From positions 32,001 to 96,000 of the forward strand of contig DASCPX010000043.1 of NCBI GenBank assembly GCA_036012755.1: 64,000 nucleotides of DNA, in the 5' to 3' direction. The notes beneath the pieces were generated by a model, which was not told the origin of the DNA, did no database searches, and was given only the letters and a program-made list of their open reading frames with translations. Position 1 is the stretch's first letter, and every line of letters begins with the position of its first letter. This document shows, one piece after another, positions 19,501 through 27,296 of the stretch. The stretch comes from Myxococcota bacterium. GTDB taxonomy: Bacteria > Myxococcota_A > UBA796 > CAJQPC01. The position numbers were made by a program, and so were the translations under genes.

Positions 19501-21266
19501 GTGCGAGCTTCCGCGATCTCACCGTCATGGGAGACCTCGTCGCCGACACCGTCGGCCTGGGTGCAGCCGCCGTCGCAGGCGAACTCAGGACGAACGAAGA
19601 CGCCATCCTCTCGTACACCCACGCCGGCACCGCCCTCGGTCAGCGTCCCTTCATCCTCTACGACACCGACCCCGAGGTAGCCATCTTGGAGCCCTGGCCG
19701 GGCTCGAACCTGTGGGACAACGCCAGCACCGCGGTGGAGGATCCCGACGGCTCCGTCGAGGACATCGGCTACACGGGCGGCCCGGGCGCCTGGGAGACGG
19801 ACGCCGACCTCGACGGCATGAACGACCGCTGGGAGGACCTCTACGACGTCGATGACCCAGCGGCGGACATCGACGGGGACGGGCTCGTCAACGTCGAGGA
19901 GTTCGCCCTGGGCACCGAGCCGAACAACCCGGACACGGACGGAGACCGGGTGCCTGATGGCGAGGACCCCGACCCGCTCATCAGCGACGGCGGCAGCGTG
20001 AGGGTGCGCCTCGACATCGACGACCGCCACCCCTGGCCCGGCCAGATCGTCACCCTGAGCGCCACGGGCAGCTACGACCCCCTGGGCAGCGAGCTGGCCT
20101 TCTCCTGGACGATCGAGGGTCCCCCAGGCAGCGAGCTCATCGAGTTCGAAGGGCCCGTCGCGGTCGTGGCGGCCGAGGGTGCCGGAGCCTGGGACGTGAG
20201 GCTCTCCGTGGAGACGGACGACGGCCTCGAGTTCGAGCTCATCGACGACTTCCACACCCGCCGCGCGGTCCCGGTCCCGAAGGGGGCAGACCTCCAGGCA
20301 GCCATCGACGAGGCCCTCCCCGGGTCGATGCTGGTCCTGCAGGAGGGTGGCTGGTCCACCAACCTCGTCGTCTCGGATGACCTCGTGCTCACTCACGCGG
20401 AGGGGGCTCATGGCGGGGTGATCGAGGGTCTCGTAGACGGCCCCGCCATCATGGTCACCGGCGGCCACCTGCTGCTAGAGGACATCTCGGTTCGCGGGGC
20501 CGGCGGCACGGCGACGCTGCAGGTGACCGGCGGTGACCTGCAGCTCCGTCGCGCCAGGCTCTTCGCGGGGGACATCGCGCTGTTGTTGCAGGACGGTGAC
20601 GTCGACGCCGCCAACAGCGTGATCATCGGCGCCAGCCAGCTCGTGAGCGCCTACCAGTCCCGCGTCTCGTTCCGCCACTGTGTGCTGGGCTACCCAGAGG
20701 ACCTGGAGACCCTGGAGCCGCCGATGTCCCTCGCCGATACCCACCTGCGGGTGGAGAACTCGGTCTTCGTGTGGACCGCCCCCCACATAAACGCGATCTC
20801 CTGCAGCTTCCGGTGCACGGCCGACTTCTACGCGAGCATCGTGCCCGATCCCTCCTTCCTCCAGGTCGGCGGAGTGGTCACGAGCGCCGATCTCATCGAC
20901 GAGGACCCGGGCTTCCTGCTCCGTCCCGACGAGGCAGAACGCCAAGGCCTCGGCGACTACCGGCTGGCCGGCTCGAGCCCAGCCATCGATGCCGGCAAGG
21001 GTGGGGTGGACCCGGACGGCTCGGTCGCCGACATCGGCGTCCACGGGGGCAGGTACGGGGACTGGCCCGACGTCGACGAGGACCGCGACGGCTACACGAA
21101 CCTCGAGAACGACTGCGACGACACCGATCGCACGGTCGTCCCAGATCTGTGGACCGGGACCTGCCCGGCTCCCCAGGGCTGCACCGGCTGCGGCGGTGGC
21201 GCGACGCCGCGCTTGCTCGGGTTGCTCGCAGCCTTGTTGCTGACCCGGAGGAAGCCGTCGGGTTAG
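16590..21266 (+). CDS. large cell-surface protein: repeated beta-helix-like modules, Ca-binding DxDGDG repeats, PKD domains, MYXO-CTERM-like tail
   Basis: 'TIQDAVDAA' start; four modules ending DxDGS/T-x-x-D-I/L-G-x-x-GG; many DxDxDG repeats; PKD-like 'LDGRASSDP' and 'LSATGSYDP'; C-terminus GCTGCGGG...LLGLLAALLLTRRK. Confidence 0.8.
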   Translation: MLALGFLISAHAARLVVDGDGGGDHTTIQDAVDAASRGDHIVVLAGTYEMVSLNSVSVPIIGLDGPDAVWIDTSDFWAIYHTDSERLRLEGLSLVAADSAVYSSGGGVHARRVRTYDSTYGFYSYYSDPWLLQAVVAGGHSMYGITAYHCDMEIEHATFVANSAHLYSRNMTVTAAQVVGYDGVPVHSCSSSTMDVSYALFGDISGTWPSCASSSSVMLGFDVEFNDYAEGGDWEDQDLREVGLGVDAGPSGCEDVDGSVCDLGAFGGPWGSDTDHDRDGLPDAWEEEQGLDPTVDDGADDEDGDGLDNLAEYLYDTDLADADTDGDGADDLDELQAGFDPLDPDDQAPTAVLAGASWAYVDEPSLLDGRASSDPLGEALSHRWTATRQPSASTMDSELGDTATLTFVPDAAGAWTIQLEVDDGTTTDTASLEIAVYEGREVRIPEDFASFAEIDPQPGMVVVFGAGEHVVEGLTVEDELTLRGAGADETTLVVDRLTSSNGGLMRLQDLRVTGSTNIPPVYTYGGRLELSAVTVDTPDSPRGIAVLYGILTAHDLTVTAQDDGIFGTAALLDVRRGSIAAATAVNNDNGTTRLEGLFLEATLYGVEGVGGSFELHHLTVAGATLGLRVSGSTVTGDHLYFHEVGSALACYSGAESLYDFVLTSDSGLGGACTVLRSQEDTSGPDEDGVPSPESLAWDGGDWRLLDPDGTVTDIGVSGGAFGLRQEHELAAPNEDLDGDGLTAVIEWMLGSSDEEIDSDGDGHTDIAEHTLGGDPADPANHHPDLDGLLERAAVGGTLEVAPSWNDDPDGDSCTFTWEDGSEAIPRTFDTSVAGVQTLAWTLVCGAGASAGEAVVIVTEDLFVPSDFATVTDALAAAEDHHRIVLEVGEHVGDADLRGRSTALVGEGRDSRLVGDVLGDQAALQVQDLLVEGDVRVDGGSLSRLEVIGALWTGSAGGRYVLVHDDLHVLEGASFRDLTVMGDLVADTVGLGAAAVAGELRTNEDAILSYTHAGTALGQRPFILYDTDPEVAILEPWPGSNLWDNASTAVEDPDGSVEDIGYTGGPGAWETDADLDGMNDRWEDLYDVDDPAADIDGDGLVNVEEFALGTEPNNPDTDGDRVPDGEDPDPLISDGGSVRVRLDIDDRHPWPGQIVTLSATGSYDPLGSELAFSWTIEGPPGSELIEFEGPVAVVAAEGAGAWDVRLSVETDDGLEFELIDDFHTRRAVPVPKGADLQAAIDEALPGSMLVLQEGGWSTNLVVSDDLVLTHAEGAHGGVIEGLVDGPAIMVTGGHLLLEDISVRGAGGTATLQVTGGDLQLRRARLFAGDIALLLQDGDVDAANSVIIGASQLVSAYQSRVSFRHCVLGYPEDLETLEPPMSLADTHLRVENSVFVWTAPHINAISCSFRCTADFYASIVPDPSFLQVGGVVTSADLIDEDPGFLLRPDEAERQGLGDYRLAGSSPAIDAGKGGVDPDGSVADIGVHGGRYGDWPDVDEDRDGYTNLENDCDDTDRTVVPDLWTGTCPAPQGCTGCGGGATPRLLGLLAALLLTRRKPSG

Positions 21267-21275
21267 GCGCGGGCC

Positions 21276-22484
21276 ATGCTCCGCGTCTTGATCGCCGACA
21301 GTCTCCCCGACTCCGCTCGCACCCACCTCCAGCAAGCAGGGATGGAGGTCGTCTTCGAGCCCTCCTTGAAGGACGACAAGCTGCTCGCCGCGCTGGAGTT
21401 GCACGACCCGGAGGTCCTCGTCGTGCGCTCGACCAAGGTCAGGGCCGAGCACTTCGGCGCCGCTCGAGCGCTTCAGCTCGTCGTGCGCGCTGGCGCCGGC
21501 TTCAACACCATCGACCTCGCCGCGGCCTCTGGACTCGGCGTCTACGTCAGCAACTGCCCGGGCATGAACGCCGTGGCGGTCGCCGAGCTGGCCTTCGCGC
21601 ACATCCTCAACGCCGACAGGCGGATCGCCGACGCTGTGGCCGATCTGCGAGGCGGATCCTGGAAGAAGAAGACCTACGCGCGGGCCCGCGGGCTCAAGGG
21701 CCGCACCCTCGGCGTGATCGGCTTCGGCGGCATCGGCAGCGAGGTCGCGCGCCGGGGTCTCGCCTTCGAGATGGAGGTCCTGGCCTGGTCCCCCTTCCCA
21801 GAAGACAGGGAGAGGGCCGAGGCCATCGGCGTGCGCCACACACCAGAGGTGCTGGAGGTGGCGGCGCAGGCGGACGTGCTCACCGTCCACCTCGCCTTGA
21901 ACCCGGCGACGCGAGGCTTCATCGGACCCGCCATCTTCGACGAGCTCGCCCCGGGGACCATCTTCGTCAACACCAGCCGAGGCGAGGTCGTCGACGAACC
22001 CGCGCTGGCAAAGGCCGTGCGCGACAAGCACATCAAGGCCGGCTTGGACGTCTACTGCGGAGAGCCCTCCAGCGACGGCCAGTGGACGTCGACCCTGACG
22101 GGCCTGGCGGGGGTCTACGGGACGCCTCACGTCGGCGCTTCGACCGAGCAGGCCCAGGAGGCGGTCGCGAACGAGGCGGTGAGGGTCATCCTCGACTGGC
22201 AGACCACCGGATCTGCCCCCAACTGCGTGAACCTGGCGACCAGGACCGCCGCTTCGCACCTGCTCGTCGTGCGTCACGAGGACCGCGTCGGGGTCCTCGC
22301 CCAGGTGCTCGACCTCCTGAGGGAGAACGACATCAACGTGCAGCAGATGGAGAACGTGATCTTCAGCGGCGGCGGCGCGGCCTGCGCGCGCATCCAGCTC
22401 GACCGGACCCCGCCGGCACGAGCGCTGGCGACCCTCCGGGAGGCGGAGCCGATCTTCGACGCCAAGATCGTGGAGCTGGCATGA
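21276..22484 (+). CDS. serA: D-3-phosphoglycerate dehydrogenase with ACT domain
   Basis: RAGAGFNTID, N...AVAELA, GFGGIG, NTSRG, LDV, TPHVGASTEQAQ and a C-terminal ACT (HEDRVGVL). Adjacent to serC. Confidence 0.88.
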   Translation: MLRVLIADSLPDSARTHLQQAGMEVVFEPSLKDDKLLAALELHDPEVLVVRSTKVRAEHFGAARALQLVVRAGAGFNTIDLAAASGLGVYVSNCPGMNAVAVAELAFAHILNADRRIADAVADLRGGSWKKKTYARARGLKGRTLGVIGFGGIGSEVARRGLAFEMEVLAWSPFPEDRERAEAIGVRHTPEVLEVAAQADVLTVHLALNPATRGFIGPAIFDELAPGTIFVNTSRGEVVDEPALAKAVRDKHIKAGLDVYCGEPSSDGQWTSTLTGLAGVYGTPHVGASTEQAQEAVANEAVRVILDWQTTGSAPNCVNLATRTAASHLLVVRHEDRVGVLAQVLDLLRENDINVQQMENVIFSGGGAACARIQLDRTPPARALATLREAEPIFDAKIVELA

Positions 22485-23551
22485 CTCGCAAGCACAACTT
22501 CTCCGCCGGCCCGGCGGTCCTTCCCGTCTCGGTGCTCGATGAGCTTCGGGCACAGATCCTCGACCTCCATGGCTCCGGAGTCGGGCTGATGGAGATCAGC
22601 CACCGCAGCCAGACCTTCGGTGACATCGTGGACAGCGCCATGGCGCGGATCCGGCGGGTCCTGTCCCTGCCCGACACCCACACGGTACTGCTCTTGCAGG
22701 GCGGCGCCAGCACACAGTTCCTGATGATCCCGGCCAACCTGCTCCAGGGTGGCCACGCGGACTACCTGAACACCGGGACGTGGTCGACCAAGGCCATCAA
22801 GGAGGCCCGGCGGTTCGGCTCCGTCTCCGTGCCCTTCGACGGCGCAGAGGTTGGCTACCGCGCCCTGCCGGCGTCATGGGAAGACAGCGACGACGTCGTC
22901 TACTCCCACTACACGAGCAACAACACGATCCACGGCACGCAGTTCCACCACGTGCCAGGGGTCTCGGGCATGCTCGCCTGCGACGCCTCCAGCGACATCG
23001 CGTCTCGGGCCATGGACGGTGGCCGCTTCGACGTGCTCTACGCCGGCGCGCAGAAGAACCTCGGGCCCTCCGGCGTGACGCTGGTCTGCCTGAGCGAGCG
23101 AGCCATGGCCGCCGCGAAGGACGCCGACGTGCCCACGATGCTCGACTACCGGGTGCACGCCGACAAGGGGAGCCTCTTCAACACCCCCAACACCCTCGGG
23201 ATCTTTGTCCTCGAGCGCGTGCTCGCGTGGGTGGAGGAGCAGGGCCTGGATGCCCTCGCAGCCCGGAACGAGCGCAAGGCCAGCTCGCTCTACGAGCTCT
23301 TGGACGGCTCCGACTTCTGGCAGCCGCACGCGGAGACGTCCTGTCGAAGCATGATGAACGTGACCTGGCGGCTCCGAGACCCGGAGCTCGAAGCCCCGCT
23401 GCTCGCAGAGGCAGAAGAGATGGGTTTTTCCGGCATCAGGGGCCACCGCTCCGTCGGCGGTCTCCGCGCCAGCATCTACAACGCCTGCCCCGAGGACAGC
23501 GTCGCAGCGCTCGTGGCATTCCTCAAGGAGTTCGAACGCACCCATGGCTGA
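22481..23551 (+). CDS. serC: phosphoserine aminotransferase
   Basis: NFSAGPAVLP, MEISHRS, QGGAS, NNTIHG, YAGAQKNLGPSG, NTP, GHRSVGGLRASIYNA. ATGA overlap with serA. Confidence 0.95.
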   Translation: MTRKHNFSAGPAVLPVSVLDELRAQILDLHGSGVGLMEISHRSQTFGDIVDSAMARIRRVLSLPDTHTVLLLQGGASTQFLMIPANLLQGGHADYLNTGTWSTKAIKEARRFGSVSVPFDGAEVGYRALPASWEDSDDVVYSHYTSNNTIHGTQFHHVPGVSGMLACDASSDIASRAMDGGRFDVLYAGAQKNLGPSGVTLVCLSERAMAAAKDADVPTMLDYRVHADKGSLFNTPNTLGIFVLERVLAWVEEQGLDALAARNERKASSLYELLDGSDFWQPHAETSCRSMMNVTWRLRDPELEAPLLAEAEEMGFSGIRGHRSVGGLRASIYNACPEDSVAALVAFLKEFERTHG

Positions 23552-23870
23552 TGAACAGGACATCGTCGTCCTCGAGGACGCCGAAGGAAACGTCGCGGAG
23601 TTCGCCGTCCTAGGCATCGTCGAGCTCGAGGAGGAGGGGGCCTTCGCCCTGTTGGCTCCCACCTGGCAGATGGACGCGCCGGAAGACGAGCCGCTGGAGA
23701 TCTACGTCTTCCGCTACGACTACGACGAGGCCGACGAGAGCGAGGCCTTCCTCCCCCTCGACGACGAGGAGCTCGTCCGTCGCGTCGGCGAGCTCGCCCA
23801 GCAGATGATGGAGGCGGACGAAGACGACGGCGAAGACAGGGACGACGGCGAAGACAGGGACGAAGGCTGA
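23544..23870 (+). CDS. DUF1292-like acidic protein
   Basis: 'IVVLEDAEGNVAEFAVLGIVELEEEGAFALLAP...IYVFRY...LDDEE'. A duplicated 18-bp unit near the 3' end gives DDGEDR x2. Confidence 0.75.
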   Translation: MADEQDIVVLEDAEGNVAEFAVLGIVELEEEGAFALLAPTWQMDAPEDEPLEIYVFRYDYDEADESEAFLPLDDEELVRRVGELAQQMMEADEDDGEDRDDGEDRDEG

Positions 23871-25364
23871 CTAGGGCAGCTTCTCGACGTACAGCGACTG
23901 GCTGGGAAAGGCGAAGCTGATCCCCTGCTCTTCGGCGAGGCGCAGGACGGCCAGGAGGATCTCGCTGCGCGCGTCACACTCCTCTGCCCAGCCCGGCACC
24001 GTGAGGTTGAACATCAGCAAGACGTCGAGGCTGGAGGCGCTGAAGTCCCGGAAGGTGGCCGTGCAGGAGTCCGGAACCGCGTGCTCGTGGGCCTCGACGA
24101 TGGCGCGAACTCCCGCGATGAAGCCCTCGATCTTCGCCGGCGGCGTGTCGTAGGTCAGCCCCAGGACCGTCTTCACGCGGCGGTGAGTGCGGTGGCCGAG
24201 GTTGTCGATCTTGGCGTTGGCGACTTTGGAGTTCGGCACCGTGACCACCGAGCTCCCCAGCGTGCGGATGCGGGTGCTCCGGAAGCCGACCTCCTCCACA
24301 GTGCCCTCGACCCCGTCGATGACGACGAAGTCCCCGACCTGGAAGGGCCGGTCCGCGAAGATGGTCAGGCTGCCGAAGAGGTTGGACAGGGTGTCCTGGG
24401 CCCCCAGCGCAAGCGCAAGGCCGCCGATGCCGAGGCCGGCGATGAGCGACTTCACGTCGATGCCGAGGTTCGACAGGACAAAGACGACGCCGAGGCAGAC
24501 CACCGCGACGCGGCCGAGCTTCGAGAGCAGGGGAACGGCCTGGTCGTCCATTCGCGATTCCGTCGCGTGGGCTCGCTTGATCCAGATGGCCGCGAAGACG
24601 TCGATCCAGCGAATGGCGATGATGACGACGCTGACGCTGACGAGCACGCGCGCGATGAACAGCAGCACCAGGCTCTGCTTGACGCCCAGCTGGAGCTCGG
24701 GAGCGCCGGCGAGGAGGACCAGCCCGAAGCACAGGGTGCGCATCGCGCCCCGGGTCTTCTCGAACACGGCAAGGTCGAGGGTCAGGCCCAGGCGCGTCAC
24801 GAGCGCCAGCAGCCGACTGCGCAACAGCGCGTTCATCAGCAGCGATGCCAACCCCGCCGCGAGGAGGAGGCCGACGAACAGCAGCATCTGCCAGGCTTGT
24901 ACGTTCCAGAGCCTGGCTGTCGTGAAGCTCGGCGGGAGCACGTCCTGGAGCCAGCTGGCGACCCCGTGGAAGGTCTCGGCGTGGAGCTCGTCCGTGGCGA
25001 GCACCGTGTCTCGGGACCACAGCCAGCGCCCGTCGTCCTGGAGCTCCAGGTAGACGATGGGGAGCTCCTCGACGACCACGACCTGGTCGCCCTCGTCGGG
25101 CCTCCACGCGGGATCGTCGGAGAACTCGGCCAGGGAGATCCAGTGTCCGCGCGCGTCCAGGACCAGCTTCAGCTGGACCGCGACCTGGGGCCCCTCCCCT
25201 GCCATCTCCGGAGGCAGGTCGAGGCACTGTGCCGCTTGCTTCGGATGGTAGTTCTCCGGCTGGAGCAGCGCGAGCAGCGTGTCGGCCGCGTCGCGGGGGT
25301 TGTCACAGTTTGGGAGGTCGCCAGCGAAGGCAGCGGAAAACCACGACAGCAGCAGGAAGAACAT
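23871..25364 (-). CDS. MscS-family mechanosensitive channel with periplasmic N-terminal domain
   Basis: 'SLIAGLGIGGLALALGAQDTLSNLFGS...DRPFQVGD...GTVEEVGFRSTRIRT...VPNS...FAFPSQSL'. Confidence 0.92.
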   Translation of the reverse strand: MFFLLLSWFSAAFAGDLPNCDNPRDAADTLLALLQPENYHPKQAAQCLDLPPEMAGEGPQVAVQLKLVLDARGHWISLAEFSDDPAWRPDEGDQVVVVEELPIVYLELQDDGRWLWSRDTVLATDELHAETFHGVASWLQDVLPPSFTTARLWNVQAWQMLLFVGLLLAAGLASLLMNALLRSRLLALVTRLGLTLDLAVFEKTRGAMRTLCFGLVLLAGAPELQLGVKQSLVLLFIARVLVSVSVVIIAIRWIDVFAAIWIKRAHATESRMDDQAVPLLSKLGRVAVVCLGVVFVLSNLGIDVKSLIAGLGIGGLALALGAQDTLSNLFGSLTIFADRPFQVGDFVVIDGVEGTVEEVGFRSTRIRTLGSSVVTVPNSKVANAKIDNLGHRTHRRVKTVLGLTYDTPPAKIEGFIAGVRAIVEAHEHAVPDSCTATFRDFSASSLDVLLMFNLTVPGWAEECDARSEILLAVLRLAEEQGISFAFPSQSLYVEKLP

Positions 25365-25388
25365 CCGCGCCCCTAACCGTGTTTGGAC

Positions 25389-25416
25389 TTGACAGTCACC
25401 GGGGTGGAGGTAGAGC
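25389..25416 (+). promoter_or_regulatory. putative sigma70 promoter for the gene at 25451
   Basis: TTGACA (25389-25394), 16-nt spacer, TAGAGC (25411-25416). GGAGA precedes ATG 25451. Confidence 0.45.
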
Positions 25417-25450
25417 GTCATGTGGAGAGCGGGACGCCCTTGGAGATTGC

Positions 25451-26020
25451 ATGACGCAGAAAACCGCCCAGCAGGAAGCCTGGTGGGCTGACTTCGTCTC
25501 CGAGTTCGGCAAGACGCCACTGCGCGAGCTGGCGCGACGCTTCGAGACCAACCCGAGGCGCCTGCGCCGGGCCGCGCAGCGCAGCGGGCTGAGCGACGAG
25601 CCGGACGCGATACGCGACAACGCCGCGCTCCTTGGAATGACGCCGGATGCCTCTGTGGCCACCAAGCTGGGTGTGACGGCAGAAGAGGTCAAGGGAGCCC
25701 GCGCCCGGCGCGGCATCGCGGCGTACAACAAGGCAGCGCCGCCTCCGAAGACCCAGCCCCCCGCGCCCAAGCGGGCCGCGCCCAAGCGGGCCGCGCCCAA
25801 GCGGGCCGCGCCCAAGCGGGCGACGACCAGGTCTGAACCCACGCGCAGCCAGGACGCCGAACCGGATGTCGTGGTCAAGCGAGGCGCCAGCCTCTCGCGC
25901 CGGTCCGAGTCCTCGATGCCAGGCCAGAACCGTCTCGGGCGACTCGGACGCATCGCCCCCATCGAGCCCGAGGTGACGCGCCGCCCCCCCCGGCGCCGGC
26001 GGATCGTCAAGAAGGACTGA
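25451..26020 (+). CDS. basic, probably nucleic-acid-binding hypothetical protein with PKRAA repeats
   Basis: HTH-like 'LRELARRFETNPRRL' and 'LGMTPDASVATKLGVT...ARARRGIAAY'; Arg/Lys-rich tail. Confidence 0.7.
   Translation: MTQKTAQQEAWWADFVSEFGKTPLRELARRFETNPRRLRRAAQRSGLSDEPDAIRDNAALLGMTPDASVATKLGVTAEEVKGARARRGIAAYNKAAPPPKTQPPAPKRAAPKRAAPKRAAPKRATTRSEPTRSQDAEPDVVVKRGASLSRRSESSMPGQNRLGRLGRIAPIEPEVTRRPPRRRRIVKKD
25763..25821 (+). repeat. 15-bp tandem repeat GCGCCCAAGCGGGCC, about 4 copies (APKRA)
   Basis: Directly visible in the sequence. Confidence 0.9.
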
Positions 26021-26026
26021 GCGACA

Positions 26027-27235
26027 TCACTCGAGGCGGTGAACGAGCACGCCGCCGGCAAGCTTGGGCTCGAACCAGGTCGACTTCGGCGGCATCACCC
26101 GGTCCGCGTCCGCGACGGCGAAGAGCTGGTCGAGACCCGTGGGCACCATGTGGAAGGCGACGGCGGCGCGGCGCTCGTCGACTGCGTCCTGGAGGTAGCC
26201 GGGACCCCGGATGCCCCCCACGAAGCTCACGCGCGTGTCGCGCCGGGGGTCCTCGATGCCGAGCAGCGGGGACAGGATTCGGTCCTGGAGCACCGCGACG
26301 TCGAGGCAAGCGACAGGGTCGGACTCGTCGAGCACCCGGGGCTCGAGCAGGTACCAGCGGCCCTCGAGGTACATGGTGAAGGTGCCGCGCTCCGTCGGAA
26401 CGGCGTCGAGAGCCACTGTCACCTCGAAGTCCCCGTCCAGGGTCTTCAACAAGGCGCTCGGAGTGAAGCCTCCGAGGTCTCGGACCATCCGGTTGTAGGC
26501 CATGCAGTTGAGGCTGTCGTCGGGGAAGATGCCGCAGAGGAACCAGGCGGATCCTCGCTGGCCATCGAGCCGGGCAGCCACCCGCGAGGCGGCGGCGGAG
26601 CGGTGGTGTCCATCGGCGATGTAGAGGACATCGACCTCGTCGAAGAGGCGCTGGAGGCGCTCGACGCTGAGGCGGTCCGAGATGCGGGTCAGGCCGTGCT
26701 CGACTCCATCCTCGCTGGTCAAGGTGAACAGGATCTCCCCGCTGGCCTGGGCGACCGCCTCCCGGATGTCATGTCGTTGGCGGTAGGCGAGGAACACCAG
26801 GCCCGTCTGCGCGCCGGTGCCGAGGATGTGATCGACCCGATCCTGCTCCTTGTCCGGCCGAGTGTGCTCGTGCTTCTTGATGAGACCCCGGTCGTACTCC
26901 TCCGTAGAACAGAGGGCCATCAGCGCCGTCTGCCGATGATCGCCCATCTTCTGGAAGTACAGGTAGAAGCTCGGCTCTTCATCCTGGACCAGAGAGCCCT
27001 CGGCCAGGAGCGTCTCCAGAGCGATCCTCCCGGCAGCGTAGGCCTCGCGGGAGTGGGCGTCGACGCCATCGGGGAGGTTGACCTCCGGGCGCGTCACCTG
27101 GAGGAAGGTCTTGGGGTTTTCGGAGTGGATCGCTCGGGCCTCGGCCTCTGAGAGCACGTCGTACGGGGGGGCCACGACGCGCCCCGCGACCTCGGGATCG
27201 GGGCGCACACCACGGAAGGGTCGGATCGTTGCCAT
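26027..27235 (-). CDS. DUF1015 family protein
   Basis: 'IRPFRGVRP...PPYDV...IKKHEHTRPDKEQDR...YIADGHHRSAAA...MPPKSTWFEPKL'. Confidence 0.92.
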   Translation of the reverse strand: MATIRPFRGVRPDPEVAGRVVAPPYDVLSEAEARAIHSENPKTFLQVTRPEVNLPDGVDAHSREAYAAGRIALETLLAEGSLVQDEEPSFYLYFQKMGDHRQTALMALCSTEEYDRGLIKKHEHTRPDKEQDRVDHILGTGAQTGLVFLAYRQRHDIREAVAQASGEILFTLTSEDGVEHGLTRISDRLSVERLQRLFDEVDVLYIADGHHRSAAASRVAARLDGQRGSAWFLCGIFPDDSLNCMAYNRMVRDLGGFTPSALLKTLDGDFEVTVALDAVPTERGTFTMYLEGRWYLLEPRVLDESDPVACLDVAVLQDRILSPLLGIEDPRRDTRVSFVGGIRGPGYLQDAVDERRAAVAFHMVPTGLDQLFAVADADRVMPPKSTWFEPKLAGGVLVHRLE

Positions 27236-27296
27236 GACCCGCGTGATAACGCGAGACATTGGCCTGACCCGAGCCTCCCGTTAGGCTTCCAGAGCC

